From Bacteroidota bacterium (lineage in GTDB: Bacteria; Bacteroidota; Ignavibacteria; OLB7), in assembly GCA_048498995.1 (NCBI GenBank), contig JBEHWX010000013.1:19437-83436 (forward strand): a DNA stretch of 64,000 bases, read 5' to 3'. This document shows, one piece after another, positions 43,661 through 51,438 of this stretch; position 1 is the first letter of the stretch, and each line of letters opens with the position of its first letter. Both the position numbers and the translations under genes were made by a program. The notes beneath the pieces were generated by a model. The model saw only the letters and a program-made list of their open reading frames with translations, searched no databases and was not told where the DNA came from.

Positions 43661-46000
43661 TTACTTGAATTCGACGATCGTGACGCCGGCTCCCCCTTCG
43701 GAGAGGGCGCCGAGACGATAGGCCGAAATGCTCGGATGCGTGGAAAGATAATCATGAACGGCGCGCCGAAGGGCACCGGTCCCCTTTCCATGGATGATCT
43801 CCATGAACGGGATATGGGAGTTGATCGCCGCGGTGATCGACTGTTCGAGCTGCACGATCGCCTCGTCGGCGTACATGCCGCGGAGATCGACGCGGGTCTG
43901 CGCCTCGGCCGGATTGACGATCGCCTGGCGCGTGGCGGTCTCCCGCTTGGCCTCGCGACGGGTCACCGCCTCCAGCTCGCTGATGTTCGAGCGCATCCGG
44001 AGAGTGCCGAACTGCACCACGACGTTCCCCTTGTCGTCCGGATCGAACTCCAGCTCGCCGATCTGGTTCCCCCCCTTCACCCGGACGGTATCTCCCTTCC
44101 GGAATCCGCCGGGCGTCCCTTCCTTCGCCTCCACCGGCTTCATCCCGCCGCGGGCTTCCTCGATCGCGCGGCGCATCTCCTTGATCTGATCGTTGGACGC
44201 GCCGGCGCGGATCTCCCGGACGGTATTCTCGATCATGCTGTTGGCGCGGGCCAGCGTCTCGCGGGCCTCCTGACGCGCCTCGTTCACGATCTGGTTCTTC
44301 CGGTCGGTCAGATCCTTCCGCTCCGCCTCCAGCCGCTTCCGGAGGGCCTCCGCGGTGGAGCGCTCCTTCTCGTAGTCGGCGCGGATCCGGCGGCTCTGCG
44401 CCAGATCCTCCTCAAGCTGACCGATGATCTCGGTCATCCGGTTCCGATCATCACCAAGGCGCGCGCGGGCATCGCCGATCACCCGCTGATCGAACCCGAG
44501 GCGCTCGATCAGCTCGAAGGCATAGCTGTTCCCCGGCATGCCGATCAGCAGACGATAGGTCGGCGTGATCGTGGCCGTGTCGAACTCCATGCCGGCGTTG
44601 ACCACCGCCTGCGTGTCGTAGGCGAAGATCTTCAGGTAGCTGTGGTGCGTCGTGGCCAGGATGAAGGTCTTGCGCGCCAGCAGATGGTCGAGGATCGCCG
44701 CGGCGATCGCGCCCCCCTCGTCCGGGTCGGTGCCGGTGCCGATCTCGTCGAGCAGCACGATATCGCCGTAGCCGATGTGCCGGATGATCTCGTGGATCCG
44801 GGACATGTGGGAGCTGAAGGTGGACAGATCATTCTCCACCGACTGCTGATCGCCGATATCGGTGAAGAGCCGGCAGGGATGCACCGTGCAGTCGTCGGCC
44901 GGCGGATGGATGCCGCAGAGGGCCATCATCACCACGAGGCCGAGCGTCTTCATCGCAACGGTCTTGCCGCCGGCGTTCGGGCCGGAGATCACCACGCAGC
45001 GCGTCCGCTGATCGAGCTCGATCGACATCGGCACCACGCTCTCCAGGCGCATCAGCAGGATCGGATGCCGCGCGTTGACCAGCGTGATCAGGTCGTCGTC
45101 GGTCACCTTCGGCTCGGTACAGTCGTACTTGCGGGCGTAGCGCGCGCGCGCGAAGATCGAGTCGACCGCCTGGAGGCTCCAGAGCGATTCGAGATACGCG
45201 TCGGCCTCGGAGCCGAGCTCCTCGGTGAGGGTGCGGAGAATCCGCTCCACCTCGCGGCGCTCGGCGAAGGTCAGCTCGGCGATCTCGTTGTTCATGTCGA
45301 AGATCTCCGCCGGCTCCAGGAACACGGTGCCGCCGGTCTGCGACTCGCCGTGGATGATGCCGGGGATCCGACGCTTGTACTCGGACTTGACCGGCAGCAC
45401 CAGACGTCCCTCGCGGAGCGTCACATACTCGTCGGCCACCAGCTCGTCGGCGGCAACGCGACGGAGGATCTTCTGCAGCCGGTCGCGGAGCGCGGCCGAG
45501 CGGTCGATGATCTCCCGCCGGATCCGCTGAAGCTCGCGGCTGGCGTTGTCGCGGACGCGGCCGGTCTCGTCGATCGCGTCCTGGATATGCCGCTCCAGCA
45601 GACGGTTGCCATGGATGGCGCTGGTGAGCTGGTGGAGCGTCGGGGCCGCGTCGCGGCGCGCGGTGAAGAACTCACGCGTCTGACGCAGCGACTGGATCGT
45701 GGTGAGGACGTGCAGAAAGTTCTCGCCGCTCAGATAGCTCCCGGTGATCCGGGAGATCGAGAGCGCCTCGCGGATGTCGTAGATGCCGTTGAGCGGGGGC
45801 TCCTCCCCACGCTCGAGCAGCAGGCGCATCTCGCTGACCATTCTGAGCTCCCCTCGGATCGCCTCCTCGTCGGCCAGGGGCATCATCTCGCTGATATGCT
45901 CCACGCCGAGCGAGGAGGTCGCCATGCCGGCGATCTCCTCGAGAACACGGTAGAATTCAAGCTGATCCAGACTCAGTCGAAACAGATCCTCACTCGTCAT
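43661..46000 (-). CDS. mutS2: endonuclease MutS2 (MutS domain V ATPase plus C-terminal Smr)
   Basis: 779 aa. Walker A (ISGPNAGGKTVAMK), MutS ATPase motifs. C-terminal Smr domain (VDLRGMYADEAIVQLEQSI...HGKGTGALR). Confidence 0.92.
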   Translation of the reverse strand: MTSEDLFRLSLDQLEFYRVLEEIAGMATSSLGVEHISEMMPLADEEAIRGELRMVSEMRLLLERGEEPPLNGIYDIREALSISRITGSYLSGENFLHVLTTIQSLRQTREFFTARRDAAPTLHQLTSAIHGNRLLERHIQDAIDETGRVRDNASRELQRIRREIIDRSAALRDRLQKILRRVAADELVADEYVTLREGRLVLPVKSEYKRRIPGIIHGESQTGGTVFLEPAEIFDMNNEIAELTFAERREVERILRTLTEELGSEADAYLESLWSLQAVDSIFARARYARKYDCTEPKVTDDDLITLVNARHPILLMRLESVVPMSIELDQRTRCVVISGPNAGGKTVAMKTLGLVVMMALCGIHPPADDCTVHPCRLFTDIGDQQSVENDLSTFSSHMSRIHEIIRHIGYGDIVLLDEIGTGTDPDEGGAIAAAILDHLLARKTFILATTHHSYLKIFAYDTQAVVNAGMEFDTATITPTYRLLIGMPGNSYAFELIERLGFDQRVIGDARARLGDDRNRMTEIIGQLEEDLAQSRRIRADYEKERSTAEALRKRLEAERKDLTDRKNQIVNEARQEARETLARANSMIENTVREIRAGASNDQIKEMRRAIEEARGGMKPVEAKEGTPGGFRKGDTVRVKGGNQIGELEFDPDDKGNVVVQFGTLRMRSNISELEAVTRREAKRETATRQAIVNPAEAQTRVDLRGMYADEAIVQLEQSITAAINSHIPFMEIIHGKGTGALRRAVHDYLSTHPSISAYRLGALSEGGAGVTIVEFK

Positions 46001-46006
46001 CGGACA

Positions 46007-46456
46007 TCATCCCTTTGCTTGGAGTTCTTCGCGCACCATTGCCTGGACGCGCGCGCCATCGGCGCGTCCGCGCATCGCGGCCATCGCCTTGGGCATCACC
46101 ACCTTGAAATCGGTCGGGCCGGACGCGCCGGTCTCCGTGATGATCGCGCGCACCTGGTCGCGGATCTCGTCGTCGTTCAACTGCTGCGGCAGATAGGTCT
46201 CGATGATGCCGAGCTCATCGGCCTCGCGCGCGGCAAGATCCTCGCGCTGGGCCAGACGGTACTGCTCGATGGCATCCTTGCGGCGCTTGGCCTGGTTCTG
46301 CAGCGTGCGGAGCTCGTCGTCCGCGGTGAAGGCCTTGCCGCTCTTCTCAAGCTCCAGGAGCGCGGCGCGCAGCATCCGGAGCGTCTCCAGCCGGAGCTTC
46401 TCCCCGGCGCGCATTGCCTCTTTCAGGTCCTCGCTGATTCGTTCGGTGATCGTCAT
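46007..46456 (-). CDS. yqeY: GatB/YqeY domain protein
   Basis: MTITERISEDLKEAMRAGEKLRLETLRMLRAAL... is the YqeY family. Start at internal ATG 46456. Confidence 0.8.
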   Translation of the reverse strand: MTITERISEDLKEAMRAGEKLRLETLRMLRAALLELEKSGKAFTADDELRTLQNQAKRRKDAIEQYRLAQREDLAAREADELGIIETYLPQQLNDDEIRDQVRAIITETGASGPTDFKVVMPKAMAAMRGRADGARVQAMVREELQAKG

Positions 46457-46770
46457 GATGCTCTGAACGTAGATCGTGATTGACGCCGGCCACCCGTTCC
46501 CGCCCACGCGGGAGCCGATCGGCGCCGGCCGTTATGTGCGACGATGATCCGGGCGCCGATGTTGCCGGTCCGGATGCATCGAACATTGCCCCGCGCGGCG
46601 TGCGCGTCGTATGTTGGGTTCCGCCGCGGCTTCCAGGCCCGGCGATACCACCGGAGCATCGCATCCCGGTGACACGCCCGAGTCCGGAGGGCGATACTCT
46701 CTGCGAGGTCCAGCGCCGGCGCCTGCCCAATGGGTCGGCCGCGCGAAAACGCCAAATTTACGATCTGCCG

Positions 46771-47694
46771 ATGAAACGCGTTCTCTCTCTCCTGCCAAGC
46801 ACCACCGAAATCCTCTTTCTCATCGGCGCCGGAGACCAGCTCGTCGGCGTCACCCATGAGTGCGATTATCCGGCCGAGGCTCGTCAGAAGCCGCGCGTCA
46901 CCTCGGCGCGCATCAATCCGATGATGGCCAGCGACGAGATCGACGCGCTGGTGCGCCAGCAGCTGGAGGACTCCGGATCGCTCTACGCGCTGGACATGGA
47001 GCTGGTGCGCGATCTGAGCCCCGAGCTGGTGCTGACCCAGCAGCTCTGCACCGTCTGCGCCGTCGGCTATGCCACCGTTCACGCCGCGATGCGCACGCTC
47101 CCCGAGCCCCCGCTCGTGATGAACATCGAGCCCCGCTCGCTCGACGAGGTCTTCGCGTCGTTCGTCGAGATCGGCCGGCGGCTCGAGCTCGAGGAAGCGG
47201 CCCGGAACCGGGTGGCCGAACTGCGCGCGCGCCTTGCCGCCATTCCGCCGCTCGCCCCGGCGCCACGGGTGCTCCTGCTCGAGTGGCTGATTCCCCCCTT
47301 CTCCGCCGGACATTGGATGGCGGAGATCGTCGAGGCGGCCGGCGCCCTTCCGGTGCTTCACAACAAGGGGGAGCACTCGCGACAGCTGAGCTGGGAGGCG
47401 ATCGGCGCGGCCGAGTTCGACACGCTGGTGATCACCTGCTGCGGCTTCCCGGTGGAGCGGACGCTGCTCGATCTGGAGCGGAGCGAGGAATTACGGGAGT
47501 TGATCGCCGCGCGCCCCTGGCTACGCCTGATCGTCTTCGACGGCAATCACTTCTTCAGCCGTCCCGGCCCCCGGCTCGTCGAAAGCGCGGAGCTGCTCCA
47601 CGCGGCGCTTGCCGGCGCCGATCCCGAGACGGTGGGCTCGACAATTTCGAGACCATATCTCGAGGTGATCCCGGCCGAGGTCGCTCACCGCTGA
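46771..47694 (+). CDS. cobalamin/Fe-siderophore-type periplasmic-binding-protein-fold protein (BtuF-like), no signal peptide detected
   Basis: MKRVLSLLPSTTEILFLIGAGDQLVGVTHECDYP... is the class III (cluster A) substrate-binding fold N-terminus. Start ATG 46771. Confidence 0.65.
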   Translation: MKRVLSLLPSTTEILFLIGAGDQLVGVTHECDYPAEARQKPRVTSARINPMMASDEIDALVRQQLEDSGSLYALDMELVRDLSPELVLTQQLCTVCAVGYATVHAAMRTLPEPPLVMNIEPRSLDEVFASFVEIGRRLELEEAARNRVAELRARLAAIPPLAPAPRVLLLEWLIPPFSAGHWMAEIVEAAGALPVLHNKGEHSRQLSWEAIGAAEFDTLVITCCGFPVERTLLDLERSEELRELIAARPWLRLIVFDGNHFFSRPGPRLVESAELLHAALAGADPETVGSTISRPYLEVIPAEVAHR

Positions 47695-47840
47695 ATCGGA
47701 TCCGGGGCATGCTCCTTGTGCCATTCGATGCGCGGAGCGTCATGTCGCTCCCGAAGGCGCGCCACGTCGGCCCGCGCGGCATGGTCCGGCGTGGATCGTC
47801 GTCGTGGCGATCATCGATAACGACAGGTCGGAGGAGAACC

Positions 47841-48056
47841 ATGGACCCGAAGGAACGAGCCGAGGAGCGGCATGACCAGTCGCGGCCGGACACTCACGGA
47901 GCCGATGCGTCGGCCAACGAGCGACACGAGAAGAGGAACCCGGCACAGGTAACCCGGAACGAAGAGGCCAACCCCGGTGCCGGCGGCCGCGCCGACCGCG
48001 ATCCGGCCGAGGGAGCGCGCGACGAATACGGCACGCGCCCCGGCGAGGAGCAGTAA
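47841..48056 (+). CDS. 71-aa highly charged, disordered hypothetical protein
   Basis: GGAGGAG 3 nt upstream of ATG 47841. MDPKERAEERHDQSRPDTHGADASANERHEKRNPAQVTRNEEANPGAGGRADRDPAEGARDEYGTRPGEEQ. Composition could be a GC-frame artefact. Confidence 0.25.
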   Translation: MDPKERAEERHDQSRPDTHGADASANERHEKRNPAQVTRNEEANPGAGGRADRDPAEGARDEYGTRPGEEQ

Positions 48057-48099
48057 TCCCACGCGCGGAAACAGCCAAGTTACGTTACGAGGTCCGGCG

Positions 48100-48172
48100 G
48101 GAGAAGCCGTTCGCGCCGAATGGTGGAAACACAGTGTGACGCGCCGGAAGCTCCGCCGAGGCGGCATCCGGC
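48100..48172. repeat. 73-bp conserved repeat, copy 1 (module-boundary element)
   Basis: gggagaagccgttcgcgccgaatggtggaaacacagtgtgacgcgc...gctccgccgaggcggcatccgg, near-identical to 51229-51301. In copy 2 it lies in frame with a transposase-like ORF. Confidence 0.8.
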
Positions 48173-48236
48173 AAGCGCACGGGCCACGTCTCGATTGCGG
48201 CGAGGCCGGTCACCATACCGGAGCTGACAAAGCAGA

Positions 48237-48283
48237 CCGGGATCGGAGAGCTCCTCTCCGATCCCGGTATCGTTTTCATTCGG
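48237..48283. terminator. strong hairpin plus T-tract (likely bidirectional terminator) at 3' end of module 2
   Basis: ccgggatcggagag-ctc-ctctccgatcccgg perfect 14-bp stem (48237-48267), then TATCGTTTTCATTCGG. Lies 15-60 nt beyond the stop of gene 48298..49629. Confidence 0.55.
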
Positions 48284-48297
48284 TCGGATGTGCACTT

Positions 48298-49629
48298 CTA
48301 CCGGACGACCACCTTCACCAGGCCGATCACGCTTCCATCGAGTGAGACTCTAACGATGTAGGTTCCCGCGGACAGATCCCCAAGCTCCGTGAGCGGAACT
48401 GACGTTTCTCCAGGCTCGACCATGATCTCCGGCCCGCGCCACACTTCCCTTCCAAGCAGATCGCTCAACGTTACGTCGAGGCGCCCGCCATGCCCGAGAT
48501 CCACGCGAAGGGAAGCAGCGCCGTCCGGCGAGAGCGGATTGGGCACCAAGCGGAAATTCGCGACGTGCTTCCGAGGCATTGCCACCGATGAAACCGATCC
48601 CGATTGATGGATGTAGATTCTGCCGTCGGAGCCCGTAGCCAGCACACGCGTCGGGCTCAGGTAATGAAGCCCAGATAGGGCAATGATCCTCGCGAAATCG
48701 GCACTCGAGTCGCGGACCCACACGCGCCCTCCGTCACTAGTCCGGAACACAGCGGATGAGTAGTCACCGATGATCCCATTTAGTGTATCGAGAAACGCCA
48801 TCGACAAGATCTGCCAGAACTGGCGATCCAGATCGCTGTCGATCCTCACCTCCCAGGTCCTGGCCCCGTCTTCCGTATAGGCAAGTTGCAGCCTTGAAAG
48901 CTCTCCAGTTGACTCAACAAGAAATCGAGACGCCATCCATCCGTGCAGCGAATCGAGGAAGTACAGTTTTTGGGCTTTGTCGCGCGAGGGCATTCTCCGC
49001 CATGTGTGTCCGGTATCGTCGGTCCGAAAGAGCCGTGTCGAATCTCCGTACGTGACGCAGAGCGCATAAAAATTTGCCGGCGTGGGAGTCGAGATCTCGA
49101 CAACCCCGATTGGAAAGTCCACCGGCGGCAGCTCCGATTCGCGCCATGTCCGTCCACTATCAGTCGTTACCATAATGGTGTGATAGCCAAAGGTCGTAAC
49201 ACCGGTCCGTGCGTCGGCCATTGTCACGAGCTTGATCTTGTCCGTGGTGAAGGTGTCCCGGCTCCACGTATTCCCGCCGTCACGTGTAATCACCACTTGC
49301 CCGCTATCACCACCAACCATGCATACGCTGGGCGTCGGATACGAGATATATCGAAGCGGGATCGGCAACGCGTGCGGCCATGTGGCTGCTCCGGAATCCA
49401 GAAAGACGATCCGCCATGTACGTCCGCCGTCCGTGGATTTACGCACGTCGAACTCCGAAAATCCCCGTGTACCAAGGGCCATGCAGTTCACGGAATCGGC
49501 ACAGTCAAGGCATCGAAACTGATACAACGGAATCGAGTCAATGACCTCCCATCGCCCCGTCTGGGCATAGATTCGTCCGCAGAACAGAAGGAACCCAGCA
49601 ACAATCAGAAGGCGAGCAATACGCTCCAT
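48298..49629 (-). CDS. secreted BNR/Asp-box beta-propeller protein with T9SS C-terminal sorting domain (subtype I, paralog A)
   Basis: Signal peptide MERIARLLIVAGFLLFCGRIYAQ. Repeated S/T-x-D-x-G-x-T-W motifs (STDGGRTW, TRDGGNTW, TDSGRTW, TDDTGHTW, TEDGARTW, TSDGGRVW). C-terminal about 85 aa LVPNPLSPDGAASLRVDL...SAGTYIVRVSLDGSVIGLVKVVVR matches the Por_Secre_tail pattern. Confidence 0.8.
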   Translation of the reverse strand: MERIARLLIVAGFLLFCGRIYAQTGRWEVIDSIPLYQFRCLDCADSVNCMALGTRGFSEFDVRKSTDGGRTWRIVFLDSGAATWPHALPIPLRYISYPTPSVCMVGGDSGQVVITRDGGNTWSRDTFTTDKIKLVTMADARTGVTTFGYHTIMVTTDSGRTWRESELPPVDFPIGVVEISTPTPANFYALCVTYGDSTRLFRTDDTGHTWRRMPSRDKAQKLYFLDSLHGWMASRFLVESTGELSRLQLAYTEDGARTWEVRIDSDLDRQFWQILSMAFLDTLNGIIGDYSSAVFRTSDGGRVWVRDSSADFARIIALSGLHYLSPTRVLATGSDGRIYIHQSGSVSSVAMPRKHVANFRLVPNPLSPDGAASLRVDLGHGGRLDVTLSDLLGREVWRGPEIMVEPGETSVPLTELGDLSAGTYIVRVSLDGSVIGLVKVVVR

Positions 49630-49722
49630 TGGATCGACTCCGGTATGTGACTATGCGAATCACCGTGGCGCTTGAGAATCATCGCTGACATGCGGAGGCA
49701 TGAATGACCTCGCGCGGGCACG

Positions 49723-50682
49723 TTAACGAGACACAAATGTGCCCGTTGTGAAATTGCATCCACCGAACGAAACTCTGTAGAAGTAGACGCCAGGGACCAA
49801 CCGTCCGCGGTCAATGACAAACCTATACACTCCATCGCCATCCAACACGGGCCGAAGTTCATCAACCTTTCTACCCGACACATCATTCAACTCCAGCAGG
49901 CCCTTGGCCGCAACCTCGGGTTTGCAGAGTATCGTCATTTCCAGGCCCAGATTGAAGATCTGCACATCATTGATGCGGTCCGCCTTGATAGCTCCCGTCA
50001 CGGGCTTACCTGATGTATCACTAAAGACAATGTTATCACACATCGCGAAACAGGATGATGTCGTAAAATCTCCAATGATAGGATTGATGGGAAATCCCGG
50101 GTTCCCGGATTCGGCATCCACCTCACAAGAAGTTGCGGTTGAGCGTTGATATTCGGTAACGATGCTAACATTACCATTCAGATCCTTGCAAACGCGATAG
50201 CGTGCAACGCAACACCCCGAGCCCTGGCAGGGGCGGATCGTCGGGATGGATCCGACATTCGTCTGCTTCCAGCAACCAGCAACACTGACACGGTAGTAAT
50301 TGATACATGAACCTGCGACAGGATTGGAGAACGGAAGAATCCCGGCAGTGAGGAGATATTGTGCCACCTCACGGAGCCAATCCCCCGGGAAGCACCCCGC
50401 GCATGTCCCAGACACATACTCGATCTTATATATCTGAATGTCGACATAGTTATCCGGCGGGCAGGCATTTCGAAAGACGTACCAGGCTCTAACCTGGCAA
50501 CTGCTCCCGCATGTAGTCAATGTGAAGGCCCAATTGCTGACTCCGACGGTGTTCCAGGAATGCTCTGGACAATCAGGGTAACAGAGCAGGTCTTCTTCCG
50601 AAGGCTGTGCATGGGCCGAGGTGGCAGTGGCAAAGAAGGTCGCGAAGAGCGCCATCATTGCCAGAAGTGTGACTCTCGACAT
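49723..50682 (-). CDS. secreted cysteine-rich protein of unrecognised family with T9SS-type C-terminal domain (paralog B)
   Basis: Signal peptide MSRVTLLAMMALFATFFATATSAHAQ. About 18 Cys in the mature region (LLCYPDCP, TTCGSSCQ, GTCAGC, GCCVARYRVCK, SSCFAMC). C-terminal VYRFVIDRGRLVPGVYFYRVSFGG... resembles the T9SS CTD. Paralogous to 55708..56664. Confidence 0.7.
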   Translation of the reverse strand: MSRVTLLAMMALFATFFATATSAHAQPSEEDLLCYPDCPEHSWNTVGVSNWAFTLTTCGSSCQVRAWYVFRNACPPDNYVDIQIYKIEYVSGTCAGCFPGDWLREVAQYLLTAGILPFSNPVAGSCINYYRVSVAGCWKQTNVGSIPTIRPCQGSGCCVARYRVCKDLNGNVSIVTEYQRSTATSCEVDAESGNPGFPINPIIGDFTTSSCFAMCDNIVFSDTSGKPVTGAIKADRINDVQIFNLGLEMTILCKPEVAAKGLLELNDVSGRKVDELRPVLDGDGVYRFVIDRGRLVPGVYFYRVSFGGCNFTTGTFVSR

Positions 50683-50925
50683 GATTCGTACCTCGTCGAT
50701 AGTAAGTAGTGGATCGACCGCGAACCCTCACTCCTCCCCCATGCGCAATTCCCGTTCTCTCCCGGACTCCGGCCGCTGGTGCGTGATGGCCGACCGTGTC
50801 GAAGTGCGTCGAATGCTGGAAGCCCTGCTTCCGGAATATGCCGGTGAATCGGTGTGTCTTACCTGACGTCGCCAATGGGCGGAACGTGGGTACAAAGGTA
50901 CAGCTCGATACCATTGCTGTCAAGT
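50683..50925 (-). promoter_or_regulatory. conserved about 200-nt leader plus candidate promoter upstream of Cys-rich gene B (copy 1)
   Basis: Near-identical to 56665-56905. On minus strand: TTGACA (rc 50918-50923), N17, TACCTTTG (rc 50893-50900). The conserved leader has hairpins GGAAGC-AGG-GCTTCC and CCGG-CATATT-CCGG. Confidence 0.5.
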
Positions 50926-51228
50926 GGGCCTCAAACGAAAAGAGCCGGGCGCATTGCCTCACAAATAATGTAACCAGAGGTCGTTGGCGGCCAGGGTCGT
51001 TGCCTCATAATAGATGTAACCGATCTAGCACTGAGGCAACGCTATGTCAGAAGCATCCAGACGTGAGTACCTACGGGCCATCTACAGGCGCTATCACACG
51101 GCATCCGTCGAGCAGAAAGGACGCATCCTCGATGAGTTCACCGCTGCCTGCGGCTACAACCGCAAGTACGCCATCCGGCTGCTCAATGCGCCACTGGATC
51201 CTCCTGCCAGGCCACCGAAGCGTCCGGT

Positions 51229-51301
51229 GGGAGAAGCCGTTCGCGCCGAATGGTGGAAACACAGTGTGACGCGCGCGACGCTCCGCCGAGGCGGCATCCG
51301 G
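51229..51301. repeat. 73-bp conserved repeat, copy 2 (module-boundary element)
   Basis: Near-identical to 48100-48172 (differences only around gcgc-c/g-g-a/c-a/g-gctcc). Confidence 0.8.
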
Positions 51302-51379
51302 TGGGATCACCGGCCTGGCGGCCGCGATAGTGACGCCCGATCGCCATCGATCAATATGCCGGTACGAACAAAGCAGGCC

Positions 51380-51420
51380 GGGATCGGAGAGCGGCTCTCC
51401 GATCCCAGTTTCGTTTTCAT
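51380..51420. terminator. strong hairpin plus T-tract (likely bidirectional terminator) at 3' end of module 1
   Basis: gggatcggagagc-g-gctctccgatccc (51380-51406) then AGTTTCGTTTTCAT. Lies 20-60 nt beyond the stop of gene 51439..52773. Homologous to the 48237 hairpin. Confidence 0.55.
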
Positions 51421-51438
51421 TCGGTCGGATGTGCCCTT

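Noticed and set aside
43439-46483. 1014-aa plus-strand ORF
   Set aside because: Antisense to mutS2, accC and yqeY; no domain-like sequence.
46500-46770. Possible cobalamin riboswitch upstream of the BtuF-like gene
   Set aside because: No B12-box (GCCACTG) or other conserved cobalamin-riboswitch core motifs visible; only generic GC-rich sequence.
46860-48056. 398-aa plus-strand ORF
   Set aside because: Out-of-frame overlap of the BtuF-like gene; only its last 71 codons (47841..48056, with RBS) were kept as a low-confidence small ORF.
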